Below are positions 22,980-34,355 of a DNA stretch of 64,000 nucleotides, in pieces. Below the pieces are notes generated by a model. The model was given only the letters and a program-made list of their open reading frames with translations. It did not search any database and had not been told where the DNA came from. A program made the position numbers and the translations under genes. Every line of letters begins with the position of its first letter. Positions within the stretch are counted from its first letter, which is position 1. Source of the DNA: Malacoraja senta (taxonomy: Eukaryota); the NCBI GenBank assembly GCA_038087875.1, contig CM075995.1:1862001-1926000 (forward strand). The letters are read 5' to 3'.

Positions 22980-24210
22980 GTTGGATAGAGGTTTTATACA
23001 ATGGAAACATTATGGAATTAAAAAGATTGGACATCTTTATAGGGAAGGCATGTTTTTGTCATTTCAAGAGCTACAACAGAATCATGGACTGCACTCAAAT
23101 AATTTTTTTAGATATCTACAAATTAGGGATTATGGATTATGTTAATATCTACAAATTAGAGATTATGTTAAATCTAATACACAAGTATATAGGACTAGGG
23201 AACCAGAAATTCTTGATGAATGTTTGAATAAGCATCCTAACACTGAAAAATTAATAGCTTATATTTATAACACCCTCTTAAACAATGAGGTACCACCGAT
23301 GGAACTATATAGACACACATGGGAAATTAAGTTAGGTCATTCTATAACGAAAGACATTTGGGACGAAAGTTTACAACATATACATCAATGCTCGTTAAAT
23401 GCCAGACAAGCTTTAATACAATTTAAAGTCTTACACAGATTACATTATTCCAAAGTAAAACTAAATAGAATCTTCCCACATATTTCTTCTATCTGTGATA
23501 AATGCTTACATCTAGAGGCCAATTTAACACATACTTTTGCCAATTGTATAAAAATTAAAAACTTCTGGATTGATATTTTTGAAATAATTTCTGAAGTTGT
23601 TAATACAAAATTGGATCCAGACTCAAAATTAATAATACTTGGGATATCAGAACAAAGTTTAACACTCACAACAAACCAAAGAAACTTCCTTGACTACAGT
23701 ATAATAACAGGGAAAAAATTAATATTAAAATTCTGGAAAGGTCCTACAACCCCGACAATTAAAATGTGGATTGTGGAAATGTCGGAGACCCTACACCTAG
23801 AAAGAATTAGACTTGTCTTAATGGACAAACAAGAACTTTTTGTTAAAATATGGGCTCCATTCATTAACTATTTGAAGGGATAGATGGGCCAAGCACGAAA
23901 ACCCAACTGAAGCTTGAACAGGATTAGATGTAAAATTATATTTCATAACCTACGAACTTATCTCCAAAGACGTATTATAAGTAATTCATTCCACCTCTTT
24001 TTTTTTCTCGTGATATTTGTAATGCTTTTTTCTTTCTATCTTTCTTTTTCTATCTATATAAAAAAAAACATTAGAAGCAGAATTAATCGACAATTGACAA
24101 TTTTAATAATGTATGATTGATGTATATGAAAAGCTTTTATTTCTATTATAATATGTTACCATATCTAATAATATGTTTGCTTCTAATAAAAATATTAATC
24201 AAAAAATAAA
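22980..24210 (+). mobile_element. L1/Tx1-clade LINE 3' fragment (ORF2 C-terminus, 3'UTR, A-rich end)
   Basis: IQFKVLHRLHYS...CDKC...H...C zinc knuckle; KKLILKFWK...W...F...WAPF; AATAAA plus A-run. Confidence 0.85.
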
Positions 24211-24254
24211 TGTGTTGTTCGGGAGAAGCTATTCACTGGAATTTTGAAGGATGA

Positions 24255-24630
24255 GAGGTTATCTTATAGAAACATATAAAATTGTTAAGGGATTGGACAC
24301 GCTAGAGGCCGGAAACATGTTCCCGGTGTTGGGGGAGTCCAGAACCAGGGGCCACAGTTTAAGAATAAGGGGTAGGCTAAAATTAGAACTGAGATGAGGA
24401 AAAACGTTTTCACACAGAGAGTTGTGAATCTGTGGAATTCCGATCTGTGAATCTGTGGAGGCCGATTCACTGGATGCATTCAAAAGAGAGTCAGATAGAA
24501 CTCTTAGGGATAACTGAATCAAGGGGTATGGGGAGAAGGCAGGAAAGGGTACTGATTGGGGATGATCACATTGAATGGCGGTGCTGGCTCGAAGGGCCGA
24601 ATGGCCTACTCCTGCACCTATTGTCTATGT
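24255..24630 (+). mobile_element. CR1 3' fragment
   Basis: DLIETYKIVKGLDTLEAG-like coding sequence and 3' stem-loop. Confidence 0.8.
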
Positions 24631-24659
24631 ATCTACAGTATGTATTCTTGAAACTGGTG

Positions 24660-24795
24660 ATGTGTAGGAGGGAACTGCAGATGCTGGTTTAAATCGAAGA
24701 TTGACTCAAAAAGCTGTCGTAACTCAGCGGGACAGGCAGCATCTCTGGAGAAAGGGAATAGGTGATGTTTCGGGTCGAGACCCTTCCTCAGACTC
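24660..24795 (-). mobile_element. Single-arm Penelope mini-element ending at the hammerhead-like core
   Basis: GGAACTGCAGATGCTGG...TTTCGGGTCGAGACCCTTCCTCAGAC; similar copies at ~30005-30132 and 60735-60835. Confidence 0.65.
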
Positions 24796-25329
24796 ACTGT
24801 GTTCGGTCTAGCTTACACCCTAGGCTCAGACTACATGACAATGGTCACCAGAGCTGAAATGGAAAGTAGAAACATTAAAAAATAGAAACACATAAACATA
24901 GAAAATAGGTGCAGGAGTAGGCCATTCAGCCCTTCAAGCTAGCATCACCATTCAATATGATCATGGCTGATCATCTAAAATCAGTACACTGTTCCTGCTT
25001 CCTCCCCATATCCCTCGATTCCTTTAGCTCTAAGAGTTAAATCTAACTATCTGTTGTAAACATCCAGTGAATTGGCCTCCACTGCTTTCAGTGGCAGAGA
25101 ATAGTAAGATTAAACGAGAACTTACCAGTTTGAAGTTTGATCTTTATTTTATGAGGAGTTACGTTGGTGATTACGTGAAGAAGACCCGTCAGGGCGCATG
25201 CGCGTCAATCTTCAAAGCAGCGGTATGAAATCACAGACAACACCATAATTGAAGTAACATATTAAGATGATCAACATGAGAACTACCATTATGACCTTTT
25301 TTCGATGAGAGAGGGTTGGGCGTGGCGGG

Positions 25330-25441
25330 CACGTAATCACCAACGTAACTCCTCATAAAATAAAGATCAAACTTCAAACTGGTAAGTTCTCGTTTAATCT
25401 TACTATTTTACTTCGGAGTCACGTGAGTGACTACGTGAAGA
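25330..25441. repeat. DIRS internal complementary region (ICR)
   Basis: 25330-25407 is the exact reverse complement of 25100-25177 (78 nt); 25405-25441 is the exact reverse complement of 29824-29860 (37 nt). Confidence 0.95.
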
Positions 25442-25652
25442 TTTTAAAGCTCTGTGATTTTTATGCCGCAGATCAAAATCCCGGCTTCTCACTGCATCGA
25501 TTGACTCTGAGTATCATCAATAATGCTGTAAACATGACATTGCATATCATGCAAAAACAAACAGCTTTATTTTTGGTCATAAAACAACCAATAAACCCTC
25601 TTAATGTAGGGGCAACAAACGAAACAGAATGAAACAGTATTGAAAACAGACT

Positions 25653-26600
25653 TTAAACAATAGCAACAGCACTCAATATTGAGTTAGCAAACAGCCCTCC
25701 ATCGGCAATCAGCCGATGGTAGTATTGCTGAAACACAAGTTCATTTTTCCAACCTGCGGCTTTTAATATATGGTCGATGGGAACGTCCATCGCCCTGGCC
25801 GCGGATGTTGCTACTGCGCTAGTGGAATGAGATGTAAACACATAAATGTTAATTCCTGCCTGAACCAACTCTTGCTTTAACCACGTTGAGATAGTCTGAA
25901 CTGCCACTCTTTTATGTTGGCTTCTTGTAACTGACAAATAATCCTGTTTCTTCTTGTCTTAAAGCCCTTGTGGCTTCAATGTAATGTAACAAATGTGTCG
26001 TTATACATAAACATGGAGCTGTAGGATATGCTGTGAACACAATCTTAAATCCTGTCACACCTGGCCTGCTTTGTTTGAGCAGGTCAGAAATATAAAACAG
26101 AACATTCTCTGTATTCACTTCCATTCTCTCGAACTGAAGTTTTTGCAAAGTCTGCACTCTGTGTACTGACACCAATGCCATTAGCATAGCCAATTCAGCA
26201 AAGTTATAGACGTGACAGGGACCCAATGACGAAGCATGTTAAGAACAACGCTTACATCACAGACTTAGGCTTAGGCGTTTTGGAATTAAAGATTCCTTTC
26301 ATCAACCTAGATATGAGAGGGTGAGATCCTATACTTTGTGTCCGTGTACCTATTACAAGATATGCCGACAAAGCACTTCTAGCTGTATTGATAGCACTAT
26401 AGCTATGACCCTCATCATAATAAAGTGTAGATAAAACTCTAACACATTTTGAATAACTACAGTATCATATTGAATATTCTTTTGAACACAATATTGTTCC
26501 CATTTTTTAAAATTTTGTTTTCATAAGTCATATACTGTTTTTGAGTACTCTTTCTCCAGGCTGCAGTGAGTATATCCACCGTTGGCCTAGAAAGTCCTCG
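25653..26600 (-). pseudogene. DIRS tyrosine recombinase (frameshifted)
   Basis: LMALVSVHRVQTL (catalytic R box), LLKQSRPG, HSTSAVATSAA (HSTR changed to HSTS), ILKAAGW...FQQYY; 5' boundary approximate. Confidence 0.85.
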
Positions 26601-26779
26601 ACCAATGTAAGGCATTCTTAAAACCTGCAAATTAACAGATCCATACGATCACATAACGGATGAACTTAATGCGTTACTGGATGCTCCAGCAAATTCCTAC
26701 TGTTTGGAATCAGCAAAAAGAGGTTGGATCGCTATCTGTAACATCAAAGGGAACCATGGTTGAATCAGGCAATTTGGTA

Positions 26780-26986
26780 TCACCAAAACCCCTGAAGCGG
26801 CATCCTGCTTGATTTTCTCAAACACTGACCTATGAGGCAGAATGGTGGGAAAATGTACACAAACATATCATCGCAATTTAGTGAAAAAGCATCAATTGCC
26901 ACTGCCCCTGGATCTGGTGCCCATGAAACATATTTTGGCCTTCCATATAGAAGTAGTATGTTCTTGAACACATCCTGGTTCCACAT
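26780..26986 (-). pseudogene. DIRS DNA N6-adenine methyltransferase-like domain remnant
   Basis: YVSWAPDPGAVAIDAFSLN...YIFPPFCLI, matching the DAF...YxFPP motifs of the DIRS1 MT domain. Confidence 0.75.
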
Positions 26987-26999
26987 CCACTCTGTGTTA

Positions 27000-28350
27000 T
27001 GATGGAATTTTCGTGAGCTGCCATCTGGTACTACATTAAGTTTCCCTGGCAGATAGATAGCTCCAATCCAAATCTCTCTATCCCTACTCCAGGTCCAATT
27101 GTATTTGCCAACCTGTCACATGATAACGATTTGATTCCACCCATGTGATTCATATCAGCAACTGCTGTAGTGTTGTCTATTTTGCACTGCACATGCAAAC
27201 TAGTTTAGTTAGTGCCATAAGCCTTGAGTCCATAAAATACTCTTGGTTAATTCCCCATGTATGCAGAAGCAATGTTCATCTGTCTCCACAGCTGGATCTT
27301 GTATCAGTAGCACCCTACCCAAGTGCTCTGACATCTGTCTGCAAATCATGGAAGCTTGGTCCAATAACACTTTGGAACTACTAGTGGACACATGCTGAAT
27401 CCACCATTGTACATCAGCAACAGCCTCTATTGATAGAAGCATAGGTCTATTATAATGACCCCAATGTATCCTCAATGCTTGTTCCTTTGACCTTTGTAAT
27501 TGTAGATAATAAAGTGGCCATATTGAACTGCTGGAAATGCTGCCAGCCATTACCACAGCAGACTTGTCACCTGGCTAATTGAAGGCTGTGTGTCAGCAAT
27601 TAACTTGATACAGCTCTTAATTAGCTCTACCCTTTTTTTGCCTGGGCAAGGTCCACAATGATGTTGATTAAGTCTATTGTGAACCCAACTAGTCAATTTG
27701 TGTCACAGGTATAAATTTAGTTTCTCTGGATAGCTTATGAAGCCCAATTAAAAAATGGTTTTTACCAACTGCCACTGATGCTTCAGCTGTTTCCTTTGAT
27801 TGTCCTACAATCAAGATATTATCTAGTTAAGCCATGAGCACATGCCCTCGACTTCTCATCATGCCTAGAATAGGTTTTTAACAACATTGTAATCCCTCTA
27901 GGAGCTGAAGACAAACTATTAGGCAGTGCATTGTATTGCAATAATTGACCCATCAAGCTGAATTTTAAATCTTCTATCCTGCAAATGAACAGACACTGAA
28001 TCCGTTTCTTTAAGATCTCCTTCACAAACATTTCCATCTTAAAATGTCTATACCCTACAAAAGGGTTAAGACTATTCAGGTCCAATATAATTCTGCATCC
28101 CCCATTCTTGCTTGGTCTGGGAAAGATATTGGACACAAACTGATGGCTTTGGTAAACTGCCTTAGCAATTACACCTTTATTACATAAGCTTGCAAGTTCC
28201 AACTGAACTTCCAATTGTTCAGTGATACTGAAGTCAAACTCCTTTTTGGAACATGTTGCATGGGTAAATCAGAATTTGCATTAAGCTTTGTTCGATATCC
28301 TTCTATAACCTTCAGTATAAACATATCTGAGGTATCACATTAGATCTGTC
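27000..28350 (-). pseudogene. DIRS reverse transcriptase / RNase H (fragmented)
   Basis: FVSNIFPRPSKNGGCRIILDLNSLNPFV...HFKME, LPNSLSSAPR; YLDD site reads A*LDNIL at ~27812-27832; DVQWW; boundaries approximate. Confidence 0.85.
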
Positions 28351-28500
28351 TACATGCGAACCAGACCCACTTACCTACTTACCACCTGGCATTCTTCCCC
28401 GGCCTCGAGCTGGATATCTCACCTTCCCTGGCGGTGCTACAGCCAAACACCAACTGCGCTGCATCGTAGCTGGACTCGTCCCTTGCCCGGACCAGTCTCC

Positions 28501-29742
28501 TCACTTATAGGGATACTTCTCCTCCAGCTCCTTCACCTGCTGTGCGAAATCCTCGCCAAACAGCTGTGCCGGTTGCACTGTGCCAGGCTGGCAGAGTGAA
28601 GCATATTTAGAATTGATGGTTGGTCTAAACGCAGTCTTGCGGAGGCAGTTGATCTCAACGTGGGCACTCCACAATAGCGCCTTTTGTTGTAATTTGTCAT
28701 GGCCTCTCCATCCACCATCCTGGCAAAGCTCGTTATACCAGATGCCAGCAACTTTAAAAATATGCTGGAGCTTGACATGCTGCTGGGCTCTCATTAGTAT
28801 GCCCATCTTGCCCCAATTCTTTCTGTTCCCAACAGGAACTTTTAACAGTCCACAGTTGATTGGGGCTTCATGCTTCCTTACTGTCTCATCCATTGTCAGC
28901 TCCTGTAGCTGATGTGAGACTTGGTAATTTATGCTGGTGGCAAGTTCCTCACCCAGAGCCTCACCAGCGTCCGACGACATGGCAAACCGTGCTGCACACG
29001 GTGTAAGCTCTGGCAGCTGCCTGCCCTCCCTTTGGAAGTCGTCGTCGGACTCAGGGTCAGAGCGTATCTGCCCTTCTGCACTCACCTCTTGCAAAGAGGG
29101 TGCTTTCAAGCAGGCCTCTACTAGGCACTGCCAGCGGAGCCTTCCCTAAGGCTTCCCGCCTGCACAACTCCTCCTGGAGTTGTGGCTTTGTGAAGCAGAC
29201 CTCTCCTAGGCACTGCCAGCGGAGCCGTCCCCACGGCCTCCCGCCTGCACAACTCCTCCTGGAGTATGGCTTTATGAAGCAGACCTCTCCTAGGCACTGC
29301 CAGCGGAGCCTTCCCTATGGCTTCCCTCCTGCACAACTCCCCTGGAGCGTCTCTGTGGAACAGCCCCTGTATGAGCTGCTCCTTTTGGATAACCACTGGG
29401 GAACGGTATCCTGTCCCCGACGGGACTCTCGTGGCCCGACTCTGCGGAGTCTATAGCCCTGACAGACTTAGCTTATGCCGACCGCCCGACTGGCGTTGGC
29501 TGTGTACCCGGCTGGGCACTTTGCCAAGTCTGTCGCTGCACCGCTACCGGCTTGCGACTCCCCCGAGGTGACAGGCTGCCTTTCAGAGACTGCGCTCCCG
29601 CAGCTCTCTGTCTCCTTGTTGGCAGCAGCCTGCACCTTTTCCTTGTTCCTGTATGTGGGGAAAAAACACACAGAAACAATTTTTTACTTTTTCCTAACTC
29701 CTCCAAAGTCTCCCCGACTTTGGTGGAGCTGTAATTACTCAC
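28501..29742 (-). pseudogene. DIRS gag-like ORF1 (frameshifted)
   Basis: Upstream of RT; PINCGLLKVP..N..W and LFGEDF motifs resemble DIRS ORF1. Confidence 0.6.
29108..29348. repeat. 84/85-bp tandem repeat, ~3 copies, inside DIRS ORF1
   Basis: AAGCAG...CTAGGCACTGCCAGCGGAGCC...CCTGCACAACTCC units start at 29108, 29193 and 29277. Confidence 0.9.
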
Positions 29743-30179
29743 CTGCAGGAGGAGCTCCGTGCTCCTGCTGCCGTTCTCGCCAATGCGTCAGACGTAATGA
29801 CGCACATGCGCCCTGACGGGTCTTCTTCACGTAGTCACTCACGTGACTCCGAAGTAAAATTCCACAGATTCACAACTCTTTGGGTGAAAAAGTGTTTCCT
29901 CATCTCAGTCCTAAATGACCGACCCCTTATTCTTTAACTGTGACCCCTGGTTCTGGACTCCCCCAACATCGGGAACAGTTTTCCTGCAGTACTTCGGTCT
30001 TGTGTCGGAAGGGACTGCAGATGCTGATTTAAACCGAAGATAGACACAAAAAGCTGGAGTAACTCAGCGGGACACGCAGCTTCTCCGGAGAGAAGGAATG
30101 GGTGACGTTTCTGGTTGAGACCCTTCTTCAGCGTACTTAGGCCTTAATGCCTTGCAACTGTGGTACCATTTTAGCCTCT

Positions 30180-30940
30180 TCATAATCTCCTTATCCAGAA
30201 GCTCTGCTCTGGAAGATTTGCATGGCTTTGCAGAAATGAGCATTTAAAAACAACAGAAGGTTAGCAATAAAATAAAAAAGCTATTTGGCCCGCTCAGCTC
30301 ATTGAAGATGCATGTTGAGGTGCCTTGAGATGCTATTTATATGCCTAACCAGACAGCTCATAAGCGACAAAGTTGCGCGTGAGTTGTGGTCAGTGTGGGG
30401 TTGAGGAGATTAAAAAGTATTCCACAAGCCCACCTCATTATCATTTTCAATCTGAACTCGTCTGCCTTTTTATATTTTTCCCCACGGTGGCATCTGTTCT
30501 CAGTTCAGTTATCAACTGCAGCAAGCGAAAGAGATATAGATATATTTTTTTGCGTCGATCATGCGGCGGCTGCAAAGATGCCACTTTACAGTTCCTGGGA
30601 GGCCGGAGTGGATAATGCTGCAAAACATGCGACGGAATTATAACGCGCAATTAACTCTGCAACCCCGGGCTGGGAAACGCGCTGGATTCGCCATCTCGCC
30701 TCGTTAGCAACATTTCGGCATCCGGTCGGCCCACCTGTACTATAGCACGCATCCGCGGGGTCCAATTGTGCGAGTAATTATGGCGTTAGTTAAAGCAGGC
30801 TGGCGCTGATGTTCGGTCCAGCCACTCCGTCTTAAAGGGGCGGTGCTCGTTTCCCGGAGCTGGTGGTGAGAATTATTCACCAACCTGCTTGGGCAATCTG
30901 TTGGGAAACTTGTAGAAAGCAGGGGGCAGGCAGCATTCCA
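30180..30940. promoter_or_regulatory. Unique TE-free island, candidate conserved non-coding/regulatory element
   Basis: No repeat similarity within the window; CpG-rich second half; TAAT/ATTA motifs; conservation not verifiable here. Confidence 0.35.
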
Positions 30941-30941
30941 C

Positions 30942-31270
30942 TTTAGTTTAGAGATACAGCGCAGAAACAGGCCCTTCGGCCCACCAAATCCGCACCGACC
31001 AGCGATCCCCGAACACTAACACTATCCTACACACACTAGGGACAATTTACATTTTTACACCAAGCCAATTAACCTACATGCCTGTACGTCTCTGGAGTGT
31101 GGGAGGAAACCGAAAGATCTCGGAGAAAACCCACGCAAGTCACGGCGTGGGGGGGGGGGGGGAACATACAAACTCCGTACAGACAGCACCCGCAGTCAGG
31201 ATCGAACCTGGGCCTCTGGCGCTGAAAGCGCTGTAAGGTAACAATTCTATCGCTGCGACACCGTGCCACC
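30942..31270 (-). mobile_element. Full-length HE1-like SINE
   Basis: Tail, V-domain and head in antisense. Confidence 0.85.
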
Positions 31271-31294
31271 CAACGCCAAACAACACTACATAAC

Positions 31295-31797
31295 GTAGAA
31301 ACATAGAAAATAGGTGCAGGAGGAGGCCATTCGGCCCTTTGAGCCAGCACCGCCATTCATTGTGATCATGTCTGATCATCCCCAATCAATAACCCGTGCC
31401 TGCCTTCTCCCCGTATCCCTTGATTCCACTAGCCCCTAGAGCTCTATCTAGCTCTCTCTTAAATCCATCCAATGATTTGGCCTCCACTGCCCTCTGTGGC
31501 AGGGAATTCCACAAATTCACAACTCTCTGGGTTTCTCACCTCAGTCTTAAATGGCCTCCCCTTTATTCTAAGACTGTGGCCCCCGGTTCTGGACTCGCCC
31601 AACATTTGGAAATATTTTCCTGCATCTAGCTTGTCCAGTCCTTTTATAATTTTATATGTTTGTATAAGATCTCCCCTCATCCTTCTAAACTCCAGTGAAT
31701 ACAAGCCTAGTCTTTTCAATCTTTCCTCATATGACAGCCCCGCCATCCCAGGGATCAATCTCGTGAACCTACGCTGCACTGCCTCAATCACAAGGAT
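31295..31797 (-). mobile_element. CR1 3' fragment
   Basis: ORF 31459..31791. Confidence 0.9.
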
Positions 31798-31974
31798 CTC
31801 CAGCGCGGAACAGGTACAGTGCGAAAGCAGGCCCCTGAGCCCACTGGCTCTGCGCCGACCAGCGATCCCAGCACATTAACGCTATCCTACACACACAAAG
31901 GACAATTTACATTTATACCAAGCCAATTAAAAGGTGGTGGGTGTATGGAACGAGCTGCCGATGGAGATATTTGA

Positions 31975-32473
31975 AGCGGGCACCCGAAAAAGGGACCACA
32001 TCAACCCGATCCTGGCCTCTCTCCACTGGCTCCCTGTGCGATTCCATATACATTTCAAGATCCTCCTCTATGTCTACAAAGCCCTCAATGGGCTTGCCCC
32101 CACCTACATCAAAAGTCTTCTCACCCACCACTCCACCTCCAGGCCCCTCAGATCGGCCGACTTGGGGTTGCTGAATATCCCGCGGTCTAGGCATAAGCTC
32201 AGGGGCGACCGCGCCTTTGCGGTTGCAGCTCCTAGACTGTGGAACAGCATCCCCCTTCCCATCAGAACTGCCCCCTCCATCGACTCCTTTAAGTCGAGAC
32301 TAAAAACGTATCTATACTCCCAAGCCTTTCTTGACGTCCTCTGAGCGAGGGCTTTATGTATATATGTATGTAGTTTGTTTGTTTATACTATTCTTATAAC
32401 AAATGTAAAGCACTTTGGCCAATGAGAGTTGTTTTATAAATGTGCTATATAAATAAATGTGACTTGACTTGAC
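31975..32473 (+). mobile_element. L2 LINE 3' fragment nested in a CR1-clade tail
   Basis: DHINPILASLHWLPVRFHIHFKILL...GDRAFAVAAPRLWNSIP...FKSRLKTYL; AATAAA plus (GACTT)n. Confidence 0.9.
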
Positions 32474-32772
32474 TACTATCGCACCGTTTAAGAAACATTT
32501 AGGCAGGTACATGGATAGGTTTAGTGGGATATGTGGGCCAAACGCAGGCAGGCGGGACTAGTGTAGATGGGTAATGTTGGTCGGCATGGGCAAGTTGGGC
32601 CGAAGGGCCTGCTTCCATGCTGAATGACTCTATGACTCTATGACAATGTCAGGAATAGTTACTGAGCGTGTGGATGAAATGCGGCAAGCTTATTGACATC
32701 GCCCAGTGTGGACTTTATTCAGTGGTCCAACAGCTGCCTACATGCACTGCCTCGTCGCTCTTCCAACAGCCT

Positions 32773-32925
32773 GGGTGGCACGGAGGCACATCGGGAGAGT
32801 TGCTGCCTTTCAGCGCTTTCAGCGCCAGAGACCCGGGTTTAATCCTGTCTACGGGGTGCTGTCCGCACGGAGTTTGTACGTTCTCCTCGTGACCCGCATG
32901 GGTTTTCTCCGAGACCTTCGGTTCC
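32773..32925 (+). mobile_element. HE1-like SINE, 5' half
   Basis: Head and V-domain. Confidence 0.7.
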
Positions 32926-32927
32926 CT

Positions 32928-33330
32928 CAGAAGAGCTCCGACCGCCGGCCGGCCTGCGGCCTATAACATCCTGAAGCCACGGCCTCCGGTAGGAAGGTGC
33001 CGTGCTGATTCGGGCACTCCAAGCCGCGGAGTGTGTTTGACCGTCCCGATGTCGGAGTTTCGATCATCTTGACGAGAGGGCCTGTACATCCGGCCGTCCG
33101 TAGCGGCGACTACGGAGGGTGGATGGCCCCGACCACGAGTGAACAAAGGAGGAGGACTGGCAGAACTTTGTTGCCTTCCACCACAGTGAAGAATGCTGTT
33201 AAATTCAAAATTTGTGTTAAATTCTATTATGTATTGTGTGTTCTTTTTAAGTGTATCGCTGCTGGCAAATTCATTTCACTGCACCTTCGTGCGCATGTGA
33301 CGAATAAAATTGACTTTGACTTTAACTTTG
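32928..33330 (+). mobile_element. Non-autonomous GC-rich element with Rex1-type 3' tail
   Basis: Body homologous to 19340-19500 (minus); tail TTTCACTGCACC...ATGTGACGAATAAA-(GACTTT)n. Confidence 0.6.
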
Positions 33331-33589
33331 CTGAACTACTATCGACCTCTTTGATGTCCCTCGGACTATCCTTGACCGGACTTTGCTGGCTTTACCTTGC
33401 ACTAAACGTTAATCCGTTTTCATGTATCTATACACTGTAAATGGATCGATTGTAATCATTCTATTGTCTTTCTGCTGACTGGTTAGCACGCAACAAAAAA
33501 GCTGTTCACTGTACCTCGGTACACGTGACAATAAACTAAACTGAACTGAAACTGAACTGAACTGAGGGCTTAGGGGGCAAAAGCAGAAT

Positions 33590-33915
33590 AGAAACATAGA
33601 AAATAGGTGCAGGAGTAGGCCATTCGGCCATTCGAGCCAGCACTGCCATTCAATATGATCACGGCTGATCATCCAAAATCAGTACCCCGTTCCTGCTTTT
33701 TCCCCATATTCCTTGATCCCTCTAGCCCCAAGAGCTAAATCTAACTCTCTCTTTTAAACTTCCAGTGTATTGGCCTCCACTGCCTTCTGTGGCAGAGAAT
33801 TCCACAGATTCACACCTCTCTGGATGAAAAGGTTTTCCTCATCCCAGTCCTAAATGGCCTACCAATTATTCTTAAACTGTGTGACCCCTGGTTCTGGACT
33901 CCCCCGACATGGGGG
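33590..33915 (-). mobile_element. CR1 3' fragment
   Basis: 3' stem-loop and TRGHSLRI coding sequence. Confidence 0.8.
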
Positions 33916-34355
33916 ACATCGCTCAGTGGGGACATGTTAGTCTGCACGGATGAGTTGGGCTGAAGGGCCTGTTACCGTACCTAATGACTCTGTGACTCCA
34001 TTTAAAAAAAATACCTGGTGCGGTAGTCGCTCCCACTTAGGAATTGAATGAAAAATAAAAAAAATTACGAATATTGCAGAGACATGTTTCTGAATACTAC
34101 AATGTCTATTCAGATAATTCCTTCCATTAATTTATGAACAATCTGCTTTCCTTGGGTCGCTGCTGTTACAACAATAAATGTCTGTTCATGGAGTAGCTGG
34201 ATTAAAGGGAATTTCATTTAATAAATATGATGTGACTGTACATCAAAAATAAAAATTAGGATTCAGTTGGTAAACACCTAATTGATTCATTGTCTTTCAG
34301 GGATCCTATTCCTTTCTGGGCTATATGCAGCTCTAACTCCATACTGCACACAGTA

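Larger units (their letters stand above)
25103..29857 (-). mobile_element. Full-length, coding-defective DIRS1-like tyrosine-recombinase retrotransposon
   Basis: gag-RT-RNaseH-MTase-YR remnants in canonical order; ITRs at 25172-25207 and 29798-29833; ICR at 25330-25441 complementary to both termini. Confidence 0.93.
24870..29988 (-). mobile_element. CR1 3' fragment split by the DIRS element (24870-25102 and 29858-29988)
   Basis: Host GTGGCAGAG-AAT-TCCACAGATTCACAACTC is restored by removing the element. Confidence 0.9.

Noticed and set aside
25653..26226. Phage integrase or bacterial contamination
   Set aside because: The recombinase lies within a DIRS structure inserted in a vertebrate CR1
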